From the NCBI RefSeq assembly GCF_009914755.1, contig NC_060935.1: a stretch of DNA of 64,000 nt; one strand, 5' to 3'. The DNA is from the human T2T-CHM13v2.0 reference genome, Homo sapiens. Position 1 is the first letter of the stretch. Every line of letters starts with the position of its first letter. Below the pieces are notes generated by a model. It did not search any database. It saw only the letters and a list, made by a program, of their open reading frames with translations, and was not told the origin of the DNA. Both the position numbers and the translations under genes were made by a program. This document shows positions 1 through 12,124 of this stretch, one piece after another.

Positions 1-558
1 TCATACTTTTGTAATGCCCAACCTTGTTTTTACTAACCCTGTTTTTAGACTCTCCCTTTTCCTTTAATCACCTAGCCTTGTTTCCACGTGAATTGACTCT
101 CCCTTAGCTAAGAGAGCCAGACAGACTCTATCTTGGCTCTTTCACTGGCAGCCCCTTCCTGAAGGACTTAACTTGTGCAAGCTGCACATCCAAGAATGCA
201 ATTAACTGATAAGATACTGTGGCGAGCAATATCCACAATTCCCAGGAATTCGTCTGACTGATAACGCCCAAAGCCCTGAGTCTATCACCTTGTAATAGTC
301 TTAAAGCCCCTGCACCTGGAACTGTTTACTTTCCTGTAACCATTTATCCTTTTAGCTTTTTGCCTACTTTATTTCTGTAAAATTGTTTTAACTAGACCCC
401 CTTCCCCTTTCTAAACCAAAGTATAAAAGAAAATCTAGCCCCTTCTTCGGGGCTGAGAGAACTTTGAGCGTTAGCCGTCTCTTGGCCACTGGCTAAATAA
501 ACCGACTCTTAATTTGTCTCAAAGTGTGGCGTTTTCTCTAACTTGCTCAGGTACAACA
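1..558 (+). mobile_element. ERV1-class LTR, 5' part outside window (LTR10-family-like, probably LTR10C)
   Basis: TATA-like GTATAAAA at 421, AATAAA at 496-501, terminal ...GGTACAACA at 558. Subfamily assigned from recalled consensus. Confidence 0.6.
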
Positions 559-1061
559 CTTTCTTCTCCTCTCCCTGCCCTGTCTGACCAATTGAAGTAA
601 AACAGAGTGAAGTCTAGATTTCTGAAATACAAAAGCTAAGAAGGATGTCTTTTAGACTATTTGCTTTCTGCCCGCCACATCTCTCCCTTGGGAAATAAGG
701 GAAAGTTTTTGTGGGAAGATGTTTGTGAACATTTAAACTTTCATTTTGCCCTACAAATACAAAATAGGAATGTGTTGAGCCCTGAATAATTGTGGAGAAA
801 ATATTCACTCAAGCTGATATTGGGCAAATTTTGTTGCTAATGTTATCTTTTTCTATGAAAACAAGCATACCTGCTGATGATCACAATTTTTTGGAACGTC
901 TTCCCTAATCTTTCTCCGTTTCTGCCTTTCATTTCCTCAAAAAATCATTCTATGGAGGGCCAATCATCATTAACCAATATTTAAAACAATAGGCTTTCCC
1001 CAAGACTGCCTGACCTGCCTGAATCTATATCTGCTGCACCCTTGAAGTAATTTGTTTCTAA

Positions 1062-1474
<413 letters not shown>

Positions 1475-1817
1475 TTAACTTCATAGACCTTTTCACTGGA
1501 GGAATTGAACTTACAATTTACTGTCATAGGTAGCAGTCAGTACTACAGTCAGACCCTTTAAAAACTATTTTTAAAAATTATATATTGACAAATTATTTGT
1601 AATATTTATGTTGTATATATTTATGGGGTATAAAGTGATATTGTGATTTTTGAATACAATGTGGAATAATTAAATCAAGTGAATTAAAATGTCCATCACC
1701 TTATTTAACTTTTTGTGATAAGAATATTTAAAATTTATTCTTTTAGTGATATTGACATGTACAGTGCTCATTATATTCACCACACTGTGCAACAGATCTC
1801 AAAAATATATCAAAGTT

Positions 1818-2113
1818 GGCTTGGCGTGGTGGCTCATGCCTGTAATCCCAGCACTTTCGGAGGCCGAGGCAGGCAGATCACCTGAGGTGAGGAGTTCGAG
1901 ACGAGCCTAGCCAACATGGTGAAACTCTGTCTCTACTAAAAATACAAAAAATTAGCTGGGCGTTGTGGCATGCACCTGTAGTCCCAGCTACTCAAGAAGC
2001 TGAGGCAGGAAAATCACTTGAATCCAGGAGGCAGAGGTTGCAGTGAGCTGAGATCATGTCACCACACTCCAACCTGAGTGACAGAGCCAGACTCTGTCTC
2101 AAAAAAAAAAAAA
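1818..2113 (+). mobile_element. Alu (AluS) inserted in L1
   Basis: Full dimeric Alu with poly(A); flanked by similar ATCAAAGTT/ATCAAACTT. Confidence 0.93.
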
Positions 2114-3985
2114 TCAAACTTTTTTTTCCTGAGGCTTTGTACAATTCAACTATCATCTCGTCATTCCTCCCATCCCCCACCCTCTGGGAACTATCATTCT
2201 ACTCTCCACTTATATGAGTTGTAGATTCCACATATGAGAACATGTGGTATTTGTTTGTGTTTGGTGTATTTCACTTAGCATAATATTCTCCAATGCTATC
2301 CACATATCCTTTTTATGTCTTTAAGATCAACTATTTTTTAGCTTCCACATATGAGTGAGAACATTCAGTGTTTAACTTTCTGTTCTTGGCTTATTTCTCT
2401 CAGTTCCAGTTCCATCCATGTTGCCATAAATGACAGCATTTCATTCTTTTTCATGGCTGAATATTATTCCATTGTGTATATATACCACATTTTCTTTATT
2501 TATTCATCTATTGTTGGACACTTGGTTGATTCCATATCTTGGCTGTTGTGAATAGTGCTGCAATGAACATCTCTTTTGATATATTCATATTTGACTTCAA
2601 ATCTTTGGGACAAATAACCAGAAGTGAGATTGCTGGGTCATATGGTAACTGTATTTTTAGTTTTTTGAGGAATCTTCATACAGTGTTTCATAATGGCTGT
2701 ACTAATTTATATCTCCCACCAACGGTGTACAAGGGTTCCCTTTTTCCCATATCTTAGCCAGCACTTGTTATCTTTTATCTTTTTGATAATAGCCTTTCTA
2801 ATACATGTGAAGTGGTAGCTATTTGTAGTTTTAATTTTCATCTCTCTAATGACTAGTGATGTTGGGCATTTTTTTGTGTATTTGTTAGCCATTCACATGT
2901 CTTCTTTTGAGAAATGTTTATTCAGGTTCCTTGCCCATGTCTCTTTTTTTTTTTTTAATAGAGTTGAGTTCCTTACATATTTTGGATATTAATCCCTTAT
3001 CATATGTATGGGTTGCAAATATTTTTCTCCCAATCTGTAGGTTTTCTCTTCACTCTACTAATTGCTCTCTTTGTTGTGTAGCAATTTTTTATTTTGATGT
3101 AATCCCATTTGTCCACTTTTGCAAATGTTGCCTGCATTTTTGGGTCAAATCTAAAAAATCATTGCCCAGACCAATGTCATGTAGTTTTCCCTGTGTTTTC
3201 TTCTAGTAGTTTTACAGTTTCAGGTTTTATGTTTATGTCTTTAATTCATTTTGAGTTGATTTTTGTATATGGTGTGAGATAAGGGTCCAATTTCATTCTC
3301 TTGTCTATGGATATCCAGTTTTCCCAGCACCATTTATAGAATAACTTGTCCTTTTCCCATTGTATATTCTTGGCACTTTTGGTGAATATTAATTGGCTGT
3401 AGATACATGGTTTCATTTCTGGGTTCTTTATTCTGTCCATTGGTTCAAATGTCTATTTTAATGCCAGTATCATGCTGTTTTAATTACTATCAGTTTGTAG
3501 TATAGTTTGAAATTAGGTAGTGTGATACCTCAAGCTTTGTTCTTTTTGCTCATGATTGCCTTGGCTGTTTTGTAGTTCCATATTAATTTTAGGATTGTTT
3601 TTTCTATATCTATGAAAAATAACATTGGAATTTTGATATTGAACTGAATCTGCACATCATTCATGTAGTATGGACATTTTAACAATATTAATTCTTCCAG
3701 TCCATGAACATGGGATATATTTCAATTTATTTGTCTTCTTCAGTTTCTTTTATTAATGTTTTACAGTTTTCTTTGTATAAATCTTTCGCCTCATTGGTTA
3801 AACATATTCCTCAGTATTTTATTTCTAGTAGCTACTGTAAATGATATGTTCTCTTGATTTCTTTTTTGGAAAGTTCATTGTTAATGTAAAGAAATGTTAC
3901 TGACTTTTGTGTGTTGATTTTGTATCCTGCAACTTTCCTGAATTTGTTGATCAATTCTAATGGCTTTTTGTTAAAACCTTTAGGG

Positions 3986-4117
3986 TTTTTTTCTTTTTGT
4001 AGAGATGGGGTCTCACTATGTTGACCAGGCTGGTTTCAAACTCCTGGCCTTAAGTGATCCTCCTGCCTTGGTTTCCCAAAGGGTTGGAATTACAGGCTTG
4101 AGCCACCACACTTGGCC
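3986..4117 (-). mobile_element. Alu monomer (FLAM-like/left arm) in L1
   Basis: Reverse-complement Alu left arm with T-tract, flanked by TTAGG(G)TTTT repeats. Confidence 0.8.
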
Positions 4118-6569
4118 TTAGGTTTTCTGTATGCAAAATTATGTTGTCAGCAAATAACAGTAGTTTTATTTCTTCATTTCCTACTTGGATGTCTTTTCTT
4201 TCTTTCTTCTGCTTCATTGCTCTAAGGACTTTCAATATTACATTGAACAGAAGTGGCAAGAGTGCACATCCTTGACATCCTTGGTCCAGATCTTAGAAGA
4301 AAGAGTTCCAAGTTTTTACTGTTGAGTATAATGTTAGCTGTAGGCTTATTATATATGGCCTTTATTGTGCTGAAGTATATTCATTCTGTAATTAATTTGT
4401 TGAGTGTTTTTATCATGAAAGGATGTTTTGTCAAATGCTTTTTCTGCATTTAATGAGATGGTCATATGATTTTTGTCCTTCATTCTGTTCATGTGATATA
4501 TCACATTTATTGATTTGAGAATAATCAACCATTCTTGCAACGCAGGGATAAATCCCACTTGATGATGGTGAATAATCCTATTAATGTGTTGTTGGATTTG
4601 GTTTGCTAGTATTTTGTTGAGGATTTTTGCATCTATGCTCATCAAGGATATTGGCTTGTAGTTTTCATTTCTTGTGATGTGCTTGTGTGGCTTTGGTATT
4701 AGGGTAATACTGGTCCTGAAAAGAATTTGAAAGTATTCTCTCCCATTCGTTTTTTTGTTTGTTTGTTTTTTTCTGAGACAGTTTGTAGAGAACTGATATT
4801 AGTTCTTCTTTAAATGTTTGGTAGAATTCAGCAGTGAAGCCATCTGTTCCTGGGCTTTTCTTTGGTGAGATACTTTGTATTAATGATTCAATTTCCTCAC
4901 TCATTATTGGTTTGCTCAGATTTTCTATTTCTTCATGATTCAGTCTTGGCAGGTTGTATGTGTGTAGGAATATATCCATTTCTTCTAGGTAATTCAAGTT
5001 TTTGGCATATAATTGTTCATAATAGTCTCTCATGATCCATTGTACTTCTGTGTTGTCAACTGTAATGATTTCTTTATTTCTGATTTTACTTGGGTCTTTT
5101 CTCTTTTTCTTTTCTTGGTTAGTCTAGCTAAAGGCTGTTTGATTTTATCTTTTCAAAATATGAACTTTTAGTTTCTTTTGTATTTTTTTTTAATCTCCAG
5201 AGCAGAAATAAAATAGAGATTAGATTATTTCTGGTCTGATCTTTATTATCTCTTTCCTTCAACTAACTTGGGCTTAGGGTTTTAAAGAAATTTCCTAGAG
5301 GTGTAACTTTTAGTTATTTGTAATTTTCTTTCTTGGTGCAGGCATTTATTGCTATAAACTTTCCTCTTAGAACTGCTTTTGCTGCATTCCATAAAGTTTG
5401 GTATGTTGTGTGTTCCTTTTTTTTTGTCTCAAGATACTTCTAGATTTCCCTTTTAATTTCTTCACTGGCACGCTGATTGTTCATGAGCATATTTAATTTC
5501 CATGTATTTGTGAATCTTCCAAAATTCCTCCTGTTAATGATTTCCAGTTTCATACCATTGTGAAACCTCTGGTTTAACAAGGTAAAAGCTAGAAAACCCC
5601 TGTATAACAAGGTAAAAACCTAATATTATTGTGCATTGGTTGTTAGAAGAACAAGGTAGATTCCTTCTGGTAAGTTTACCATGGCACAGAGAGGGAAAGC
5701 TTTTTGAGGAGATGAAGCCCAAGCTGAATTTTAATGACCAACGGGAAAAAGCCAGGTGAAGAGAAGAAGGGGTCATGACAACAGATGTCAAGGCTGTGTG
5801 CTCCAGTCTATCAAGACTGAGATGGAGGCATGGTTATATGAATTATATAGATATGAGGTCTAATATGTTTTCTATCATTCAACCATTTTAAGAATCAAAC
5901 TTTATTATAGTCCTTCACTAAACAGCTGATTTCTGAGCAAGTCTTCATAATTTGGATCTTCTTCAATGATCCTCATTGTTAACTATTATTCTTGTATTAG
6001 TCTAACTCTGTAATTAGCCCCGACTTGCTATCATCAAGTTCTGTCTTTTCCAGAAATACAGCACAGCCAGACCAGATTAATGTATCAAAGGTTTCCCTAT
6101 TTCAGTGGTTTTCAATGTTTTGGACAGTCATGGACTCTTCTAAGAATCTGATGAAAAATATATACTCTTCTTCTAAAAACAGGTATATATTCCTATACAA
6201 CATTTTGCATGCAGTTAGAAGTTTCCTAGAACCCCTGGACCACAGGCCAAGAATCCCTGTTCTAGATAGCTTTCCTTCACCATTTTTACAGGCTTAGGCT
6301 ATCAAAAGTAAAGGATTTAATTTGCTTTTGAAAATTCCCTTTCACTTTTCTTTTTTGTTTTTTTCCCTAAAATTCTGTTACTTTGCCTTCATTTTTACAT
6401 AGTTTTTCTGAGTACACAATTCTATACTGACATTTTGTCTCAGTCCTCTGAAGATATTCTTATTCTCAGGTTTCTTCTCTAACAGCTGTTACAATTTTCT
6501 AAAATGTCTAGACTTTGCTTCCTGACCTTCACATGGCCCCTTGCAATAAAGCCCTATTTCTTCTTTCCT

Positions 6570-7698
6570 TCAAAGGGCTGAGAGAAAATGTCAGTGAAGA
6601 ATTGTGTACCCAGCAAAACTTTTAACAATGAAGGGAAAATAAAAGAATTTTAGAAAAAAGCCAAAAAAGAAACCTGAAGAAAAAAACAAAATACAGTTTA
6701 CTAATATTAAGGGAAATGGATTCAACAGTGAGAGATTTTCTAGCATATATAAAACATTTATCAACGTATCGATACCCAAAGGAATCTCCAAAAAAATGCT
6801 TCTGGATAAAAGAAAGTAACCTCAGAAAGAATGGAGCTCCAAGAAGGAATAGTGAGCAAAGAAACTGATAACATGAATAAATGTAAACAAACATTGATTT
6901 GTACAAACAATAATGTCCAATTTGTGGCGTTAAAAGATTAAGATGCTTGACGACATTAATAGTTAAAGCATGCTGAATTCCTTCAAGAGGCAGGAAAAGA
7001 TTCTGAACCATGTTTGACTTTTTCTAAGTTAGTTAAGCACTAAAAGAACAGAAACAGGGTATATAATAGACCATCTGTATTAGAGAGGGAGACTCCACAG
7101 CCAAAATCGCGGGATTCAAATCTTAGCCCTTGCAAAATTACCTCTTGGGTACTATGCTCACTATCTGAGTGACAGAATTATCATTCATACTCTGGGTCAC
7201 GCAATATACCCATGTAACAAATGTGCACGTGAACCCCCTAAATCTATAATAAAAGTTAAAATTATTTTTTAAAAAAGTCTCATCTCTGCCATTTACTAGC
7301 TGTGTGACCTTGGGCAAATTACCGTTCTGTGCTTAGGTTTTTAAAGTCAGGACAGTAGAAATGACACTAGTATCTAATTCATAGGGGTTTTGTATTACAT
7401 TTATATAAAGCTTTGAACAGTGCTTACCCTAAAATAAGTGCTAAGGAAGTATTAGCCCCAATGAAAACTTCCAAAAGAGTAGAGGGAAAATCGTAATCCA
7501 AAAGAGGTCAAGAAAAGGTAAAAAATATAGAAATATGGGTCAAATAGCATAAAATAAGAGGGCAAAAATGCATACGTGCACTTTTTCAGCTAAAAAAGTC
7601 TGTCAGACTGGACTGATGCGGAAAAAAAGCTCCATATATTATGTTGTTCCCAAGAGACATACTTAAACATGAAGCAGGTAGAAAAAGATACACTAGTC
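6570..7698 (+). mobile_element. Degraded old L1 (ORF1 end to ORF2 endonuclease start) with nested MIR and L1 3'-end fragment (~7090-7460)
   Basis: 6575-6660 resembles the ORF1 RILYPAKL...NEGEIK region; 7590-7695 resembles the EN CCLQETHLK...KKIYH region; MIR core CTGTGTGACCTTGGGCAA near 7300. Confidence 0.55.
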
Positions 7699-7779
7699 AG
7701 AGTCAATGGCTGGGAAACCTTTCGCTACCTTACCTGTCTTCCTTCAGTTTCTCTCCAGCCTCTTCCAGGCTTCCTATCC

Positions 7780-8150
7780 CACCACCCCCACGTCGCTCCT
7801 CAGCCCCTCTCCTCTCTAGTGGGAGACAAGGAAACTCAGCATTCATCCAGCGTTCCTTCGCCTCAGCAAGGGGCTCCCGTCGGCGGCGGCCGTGATGACG
7901 TCCTCATTGGTCCGCCCAACCACGATTGGTGAAGGGGTTCCTGCGTCGCGCGCAGTCTAGGAAAGAGACGACTTGGGACGCAACGACACCTGGGCGTGTG
8001 CGTATTGCCTCAGTGGAGGCGCTCCGCTGGTCCTCCTAGAGTTTGGTGCCCTGCCGCCGCTGCCCCGCCACGACTGCGGCTGCGGCTGCTCCGGGCAGTG
8101 CTGCGGCCGCCGCGGGCCCAGCTGTATGGTTAGGCCACCATCGTTCGTGA
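7780..8150 (+). promoter_or_regulatory. CpG-island-like promoter segment at the 5' end of the PTP4A1 retrocopy
   Basis: More than 30 CpGs in ~310 bp (7840-8150). CRE-like TGACGTC 7896-7902, inverted CCAAT boxes 7906-7910 and 7925-7929, GC box CCGCCC 7912-7917. Confidence 0.65.
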
Positions 8151-8257
8151 GTAAACATATTCCTTTCTGTGGTGTTCTTGATAATGCATTTATAGAGTTT
8201 CTAAAGGGCCCTGGAGATTACTGCCAGGTTCAGCACGAACTTTATGAGGACAAGTGA
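8126..8257 (+). other. Intact copy of the conserved PRL/PTP4A1 upstream ORF (43 aa)
   Basis: ATG 8126 to TGA 8255-8257 gives MVRPPSFVSKHIPFCGVLDNAFIEFLKGPGDYCQVQHELYEDK, matching the recalled PTP4A1 uORF peptide (...SKHIPQFCGVLGHTFMEFLKGSGDYCQAQHDLYADK). Confidence 0.75.
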
Positions 8258-9090
8258 ATGGTGGAAAGTCATTACTGCCCCACCAAGAAGCCCCCACAGA
8301 GCGGGTCACCTGGACACAGAAGTGTAGAACTGAGATCATTAGAGCATTTTACAAGAGTTCTGACCTAGATGGGGTAACCCTTGGTGCACTTCCTTTCCAT
8401 TGGCCCAGAATTACTGAATTGAAGAACCGCAGCTTCTTGTTGGTAGGTTCATTTCATTTCCTGTCACTACCAACTTCATATTCAAAGCTCTGTGAATTTC
8501 AAGTGGAGTATATTGGCGTAGACTTCAGTTTCTTGACATCATTTCTGTATTCAAAAATTTTTAATTTTTTTCGTAACCATATCAGTTTTTTTTTTTTTAA
8601 TTAAATTAACATGGCTCCAATGAATCACCCAGCTCCAGTGGAAGTCACATACGGGAACATGAGATTTCTTATTATACACAACCCAACCAATTCGACCTTA
8701 AACAGATTTTTAGAAGAACTTAAGAAATACGGGGTTACCACAATAGTAAGAGTATGTGAAGCAACTGATGACCCTGCTCTTGTGGAGAAAGAAGGCCAAT
8801 CCAGTTTCTGGATTGGGCTTTTGATGATGGTTCATCACCATCCAACCAGATTGTTGATCACTGCTTAAGTCTTCTAGACGTTAAGTTTCGTGAAGAACCT
8901 GGTTGTTGTATTGCCTTCACTGTGTTGCAGGTCTTGGGAGGACTCCAGTGCTTGTTGCCCTAGCATTAATTGAAAGTGGAATGAAAAACGAAGATGCAGT
9001 ACGGTTTATTAGAGATAAACGGCACGGCGCTTTTAACAGCAAGCAACTTTTGTATTTGGAGAAATATCATTCTCAAATGCGGCTTCGCTT

Positions 9091-10598
9091 TGTGTCCGGA
9101 ATTGGTGGGTTCTTGGTCTCACTGACTTCAAGAATGAAGCTGCGGACCCTCGCGGTGAGTGTTAACAGTTCTTAAAGGCGGCGTGTCCGGAGTTTGTTCC
9201 TTCTGATGTTCGGATGTGTTCGGAGTTTCTTCCTTCTGGTGGGTTCATGGTCTCGCTGGCTCAGGAGTGAAGCTGCAGACCTTCGTGGTGAGTGTTACAG
9301 CTCTTAAGGCGGTGCGTCTGGAGTTGTTCGTTCCTCCTGGTGGGTTCGTGGTCTTGCTGGCTTCAGGAGTGAAGCTGCAGATCTTTGTGGTGAGTGTTAC
9401 AGCTCGTAAAGGTAGTGTGGTCCCAAAGAGTGAGCAGCAGCAAGATTTATTGCAAAGAGCAAAAGAACAAAGCTTCCACAGCGTGGAAGGGGACCCTAGC
9501 AGGTTGCCACTGCTGGCTGGGGCAGCCTGCTTTTATTCTCTTATCTGGCCCCATCCACACCCTGCTGATTGGTCCATTTTACAGAGAGCTGATTGGTCCG
9601 TTTTGACAGGGTGCTGATTGGTGCATTTACAATCCCTGAGCTAGACACAAAAGTTCTCCATGTCCCCACTAGATTAGCTAAATACAGAGTGTAGATTGGT
9701 GCATTCACAAACCCTGAGCTAGACACAGGGTGCTGATTGGTGTGTTTACAAACCTTGAGCTAGATACAGACTGCCGATTGGTGTATTTACAATCTCTTAG
9801 CTAGACATAAAGGTTCTCCAGGTCCCCACCAGAGTAGCTGGATACAGTGTCAACTGGTGCATTCACAAACCCTGAGCTAGACATAGGGTGCTGATTGGTG
9901 TGTTTACAAACCTTGAGCTAGACATAAAGGTTCTCCAAGTCCCCACCAGAGTCAGGAGCCCAGCTGGCTTCACCCAGTGGATCCCGCACCGGGGCCGCAG
10001 GTGGAGCTGGCTGCCAGTCCCGCGCCGTTCGCCTGCACTCCTCAGCCCTTGGGTGGTCGATGGGACTGAGCGCCATGGAGCAGGGGGCAGCGCTTATCGG
10101 GGAGGCTCGGGCCGCACAGGAGCCCACGGAGGTGGGGAGGCTCAGGCATGGCAGGCTGCAGGTCCCGAGCCCTGCCCCGCGGGGAGGCAGCTAAGGCCTG
10201 GCGAGAAATCGAGCACAGCGCTGGTGGGCTGGCACTGCTGGGGGACCCAGTACACCCTCCGCGGCTGCTGGCCCGGGTGCTAAGCCCCTCATTGCCTGGG
10301 GCCGGCAGGGCTGGCCGGCTGCTCTGAGTGCGTGGCCCGCCAAGCCCATGCCCACCCGGAACTCCAGCTGGCCCACAAGCGCCGGGCGCAGCCCCGGTTC
10401 CCGCTTGCGCCTCTCCCTCCACACCTCTCTGCAAGCTGAGGGAGCCAGCTCTGGCCTTGGCCAGCCTAGAAAGGGGCTCCCACAGTGCAGTGGCGGGCTG
10501 AAGGGCTCCTCAAGCGTGGCCAGGGTGGGCACCAAGGCCGAGGAGGCGCTGAGAGTGAGCAGGGGCTGTGAGGGCTGCCAGCACGCTGTCACCTCTCA
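9091..10598 (-). mobile_element. Complete solo LTR12 (ERV9 LTR, LTR12C-like), 1508 bp
   Basis: Minus strand starts TGAGAGGTGACAGCGTGCTGGCAG and ends CCAATTCCGGACACA. Perfect 4-bp TSD GCTT (9087-9090 / 10599-10602). Tandem CCAAT repeats 9560-9920, AATAAA-type TATA 9532-9537, poly(A) signal 9446-9451, U5 repeats. Confidence 0.96.
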
Positions 10599-11392
10599 GC
10601 TTCAAAGACTCCAGTGGTCACAGAAACAACTGTTGTATTCAATAAACCTGGCTGCCTGATGCTATTGCCTTGAAAGTGGGACTTGAGAAAAGACCTAATT
10701 TATTGTACATTTTAGCCAACATATGGGCTTAGTGAATAAGTCTGATGAAGCTTCCATAGGGATATAAAAAAGCCACGAATTTAACAGAAATGCAACTTCT
10801 ATGTTTGGCTTAGTGCTATTCCTATGCCAGAAAAAATACATAAGAAATCTAGAGATTAGATGCCAAGATCCCCAGCACAAAATTTGTATATTTTTAGTAT
10901 CATACAGAATTAAAACTCCAGGAACTATAACTTTATGTAGCTCATCCCTTAAGTCATATCAAACACTGCAAGTAGGGCCTATATGATTATTTGCCTGCTT
11001 CATGTTTACCATCCTACACGGGTCCCAGTATACATCAGGTTTGTCCAACAGGTGATTTTGTTGGATTCTTTACACATCTTGTGGTTATTTGATGTCTTTG
11101 TCTAATCTCATTTTGTTATGAAAACCTCCATTTTGAAAAATCGACATCTGATTGAAAGTTCATGCAAAATCCATGTTGTACAGAAGCACATGTGTTGAAT
11201 GTCTTCAAATAAAAAGGCCTTACCGTTAATGTTTACGGTTGGGGTGTAACTTAACACAGAGGGCCCTGAAGACAGAATGAGAGGAGACTATGAAATATTT
11301 CTAGTAAAATGTTGTTTTGATCTTGTGCAGAACATATGGTCTAGGACTTTTAATTTAGTAAGTGTTTGTTAAAAGGTAAAGATGCATTGGTC

Positions 11393-11760
11393 CAAGGTAA
11401 ATAGAGCAAATATGGACAGAATTACAAGGAAAATTGGCAAGTTTACCGTAGCAGTGGGAAGTTTTATTGTCCCTCTTTCAGAAGCAGATCAAGTAGACAA
11501 AAATCAAGATTTTGCATATAGATTTACACAAAACAGTCAACAAACTTGATCCCATGAACATACAAAGGGCATTGCATCCAACAATGGGAGAATACATATT
11601 TATAAGAGTACATGAACTATTAAATTTGACCATATATTTGATTATAAACCCATTTCAGCAAATTTTAAGCTATTTGAATAATACAGAACACCTTCTCTCA
11701 CCACAATTCAATTAAATTAGGAGAAAAGCTAATATCCACACATCTGTAATTTTGAAAATC
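11393..11760 (+). mobile_element. Continuation of degraded old L1 ORF2 endonuclease region
   Basis: Resembles TELQGEI...VGDFN...INKLDL.DI.R.LHPT..EY of the L1 EN domain (ORF 11512-11715). Confidence 0.6.
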
Positions 11761-12124
11761 TCTCTAGAGACTTCCACTTCTAAATAGGATATAGTAGGTC
11801 ATGGCAGCCTAAAACTTTGCCTGCAACAACTAGAAAAAGATGGAAAAATTATAAAGATCATATTTAAAGATATGTGAGAGCTATGAAAGCAATAAGGACT
11901 AGGTGAATGGGAATTCCAGAGAGGGAGGAGTCCTCCTGAGGTAAGTGGCCATTTTATTTTCTAGGGACATTTACTGATTCTGGACATGGACTAATAAGGA
12001 TCAAGCTTGGTCTGTGAAGAGGGTCTCTCCTGAGGGAAAGGGAAACCCAGAAAAGCTTTTGGTGGTCACGTGGGGCTGGTGCAACAAATTGGAAAATTAA
12101 GAACTTTGGCCAGTTTCTTCTACG

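Larger units (their letters stand above)
1570..5560 (-). mobile_element. Old 5'-truncated L1 (L1MA-type 3' UTR plus degraded ORF2), interrupted by Alus
   Basis: Minus-strand ORFs with L1 ORF2 peptides (RDYYEQLYA..., [52 protein letters not shown]). Confidence 0.9.
7700..11377 (+). pseudogene. PTP4A1P6: Processed pseudogene of PTP4A1 (PRL-1 phosphatase) with long 5' UTR, disrupted CDS (8611-9090 plus 10603-10645) and partial 3' UTR
   Basis: Intronless [14 protein letters not shown]...[13 protein letters not shown], catalytic HCVAGLGR (8918-8941), C-terminal RNNCCIQ* (stop 10643-10645). +2 frameshift at 8797-8798, -1 at ~8916, LTR12 insertion. Pseudogene number is recalled from the locus; outer boundaries are approximate. 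Confidence 0.9.

Noticed and set aside
2351-5033. Reverse-transcriptase-like ORF fragments
   Set aside because: Decayed L1 ORF2 with many stops and frameshifts; not an intact element.
8254-8604. 116-aa ORF in the retrocopy 5' UTR
   Set aside because: GTG start, no recognisable homology, derived from UTR sequence.
8903-9175. Chimeric ORF joining the PRL catalytic loop (HCVAGLGR) to LTR12 U5 sequence
   Set aside because: It starts at TTG after the frameshifts, and the first in-frame ATG lies downstream of the catalytic motif. It is a by-product of the insertion.
9560-9950. Regularly spaced repeats resembling a CRISPR-like array
   Set aside because: They are the known tandem CCAAT/GATA enhancer repeats of the ERV9 U3, with no unique spacers, in a eukaryotic genome.
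9216-10659. Several overlapping 100-133 aa ORFs on both strands
   Set aside because: All lie inside the GC-rich, repetitive LTR12; these are typical spurious ORFs.
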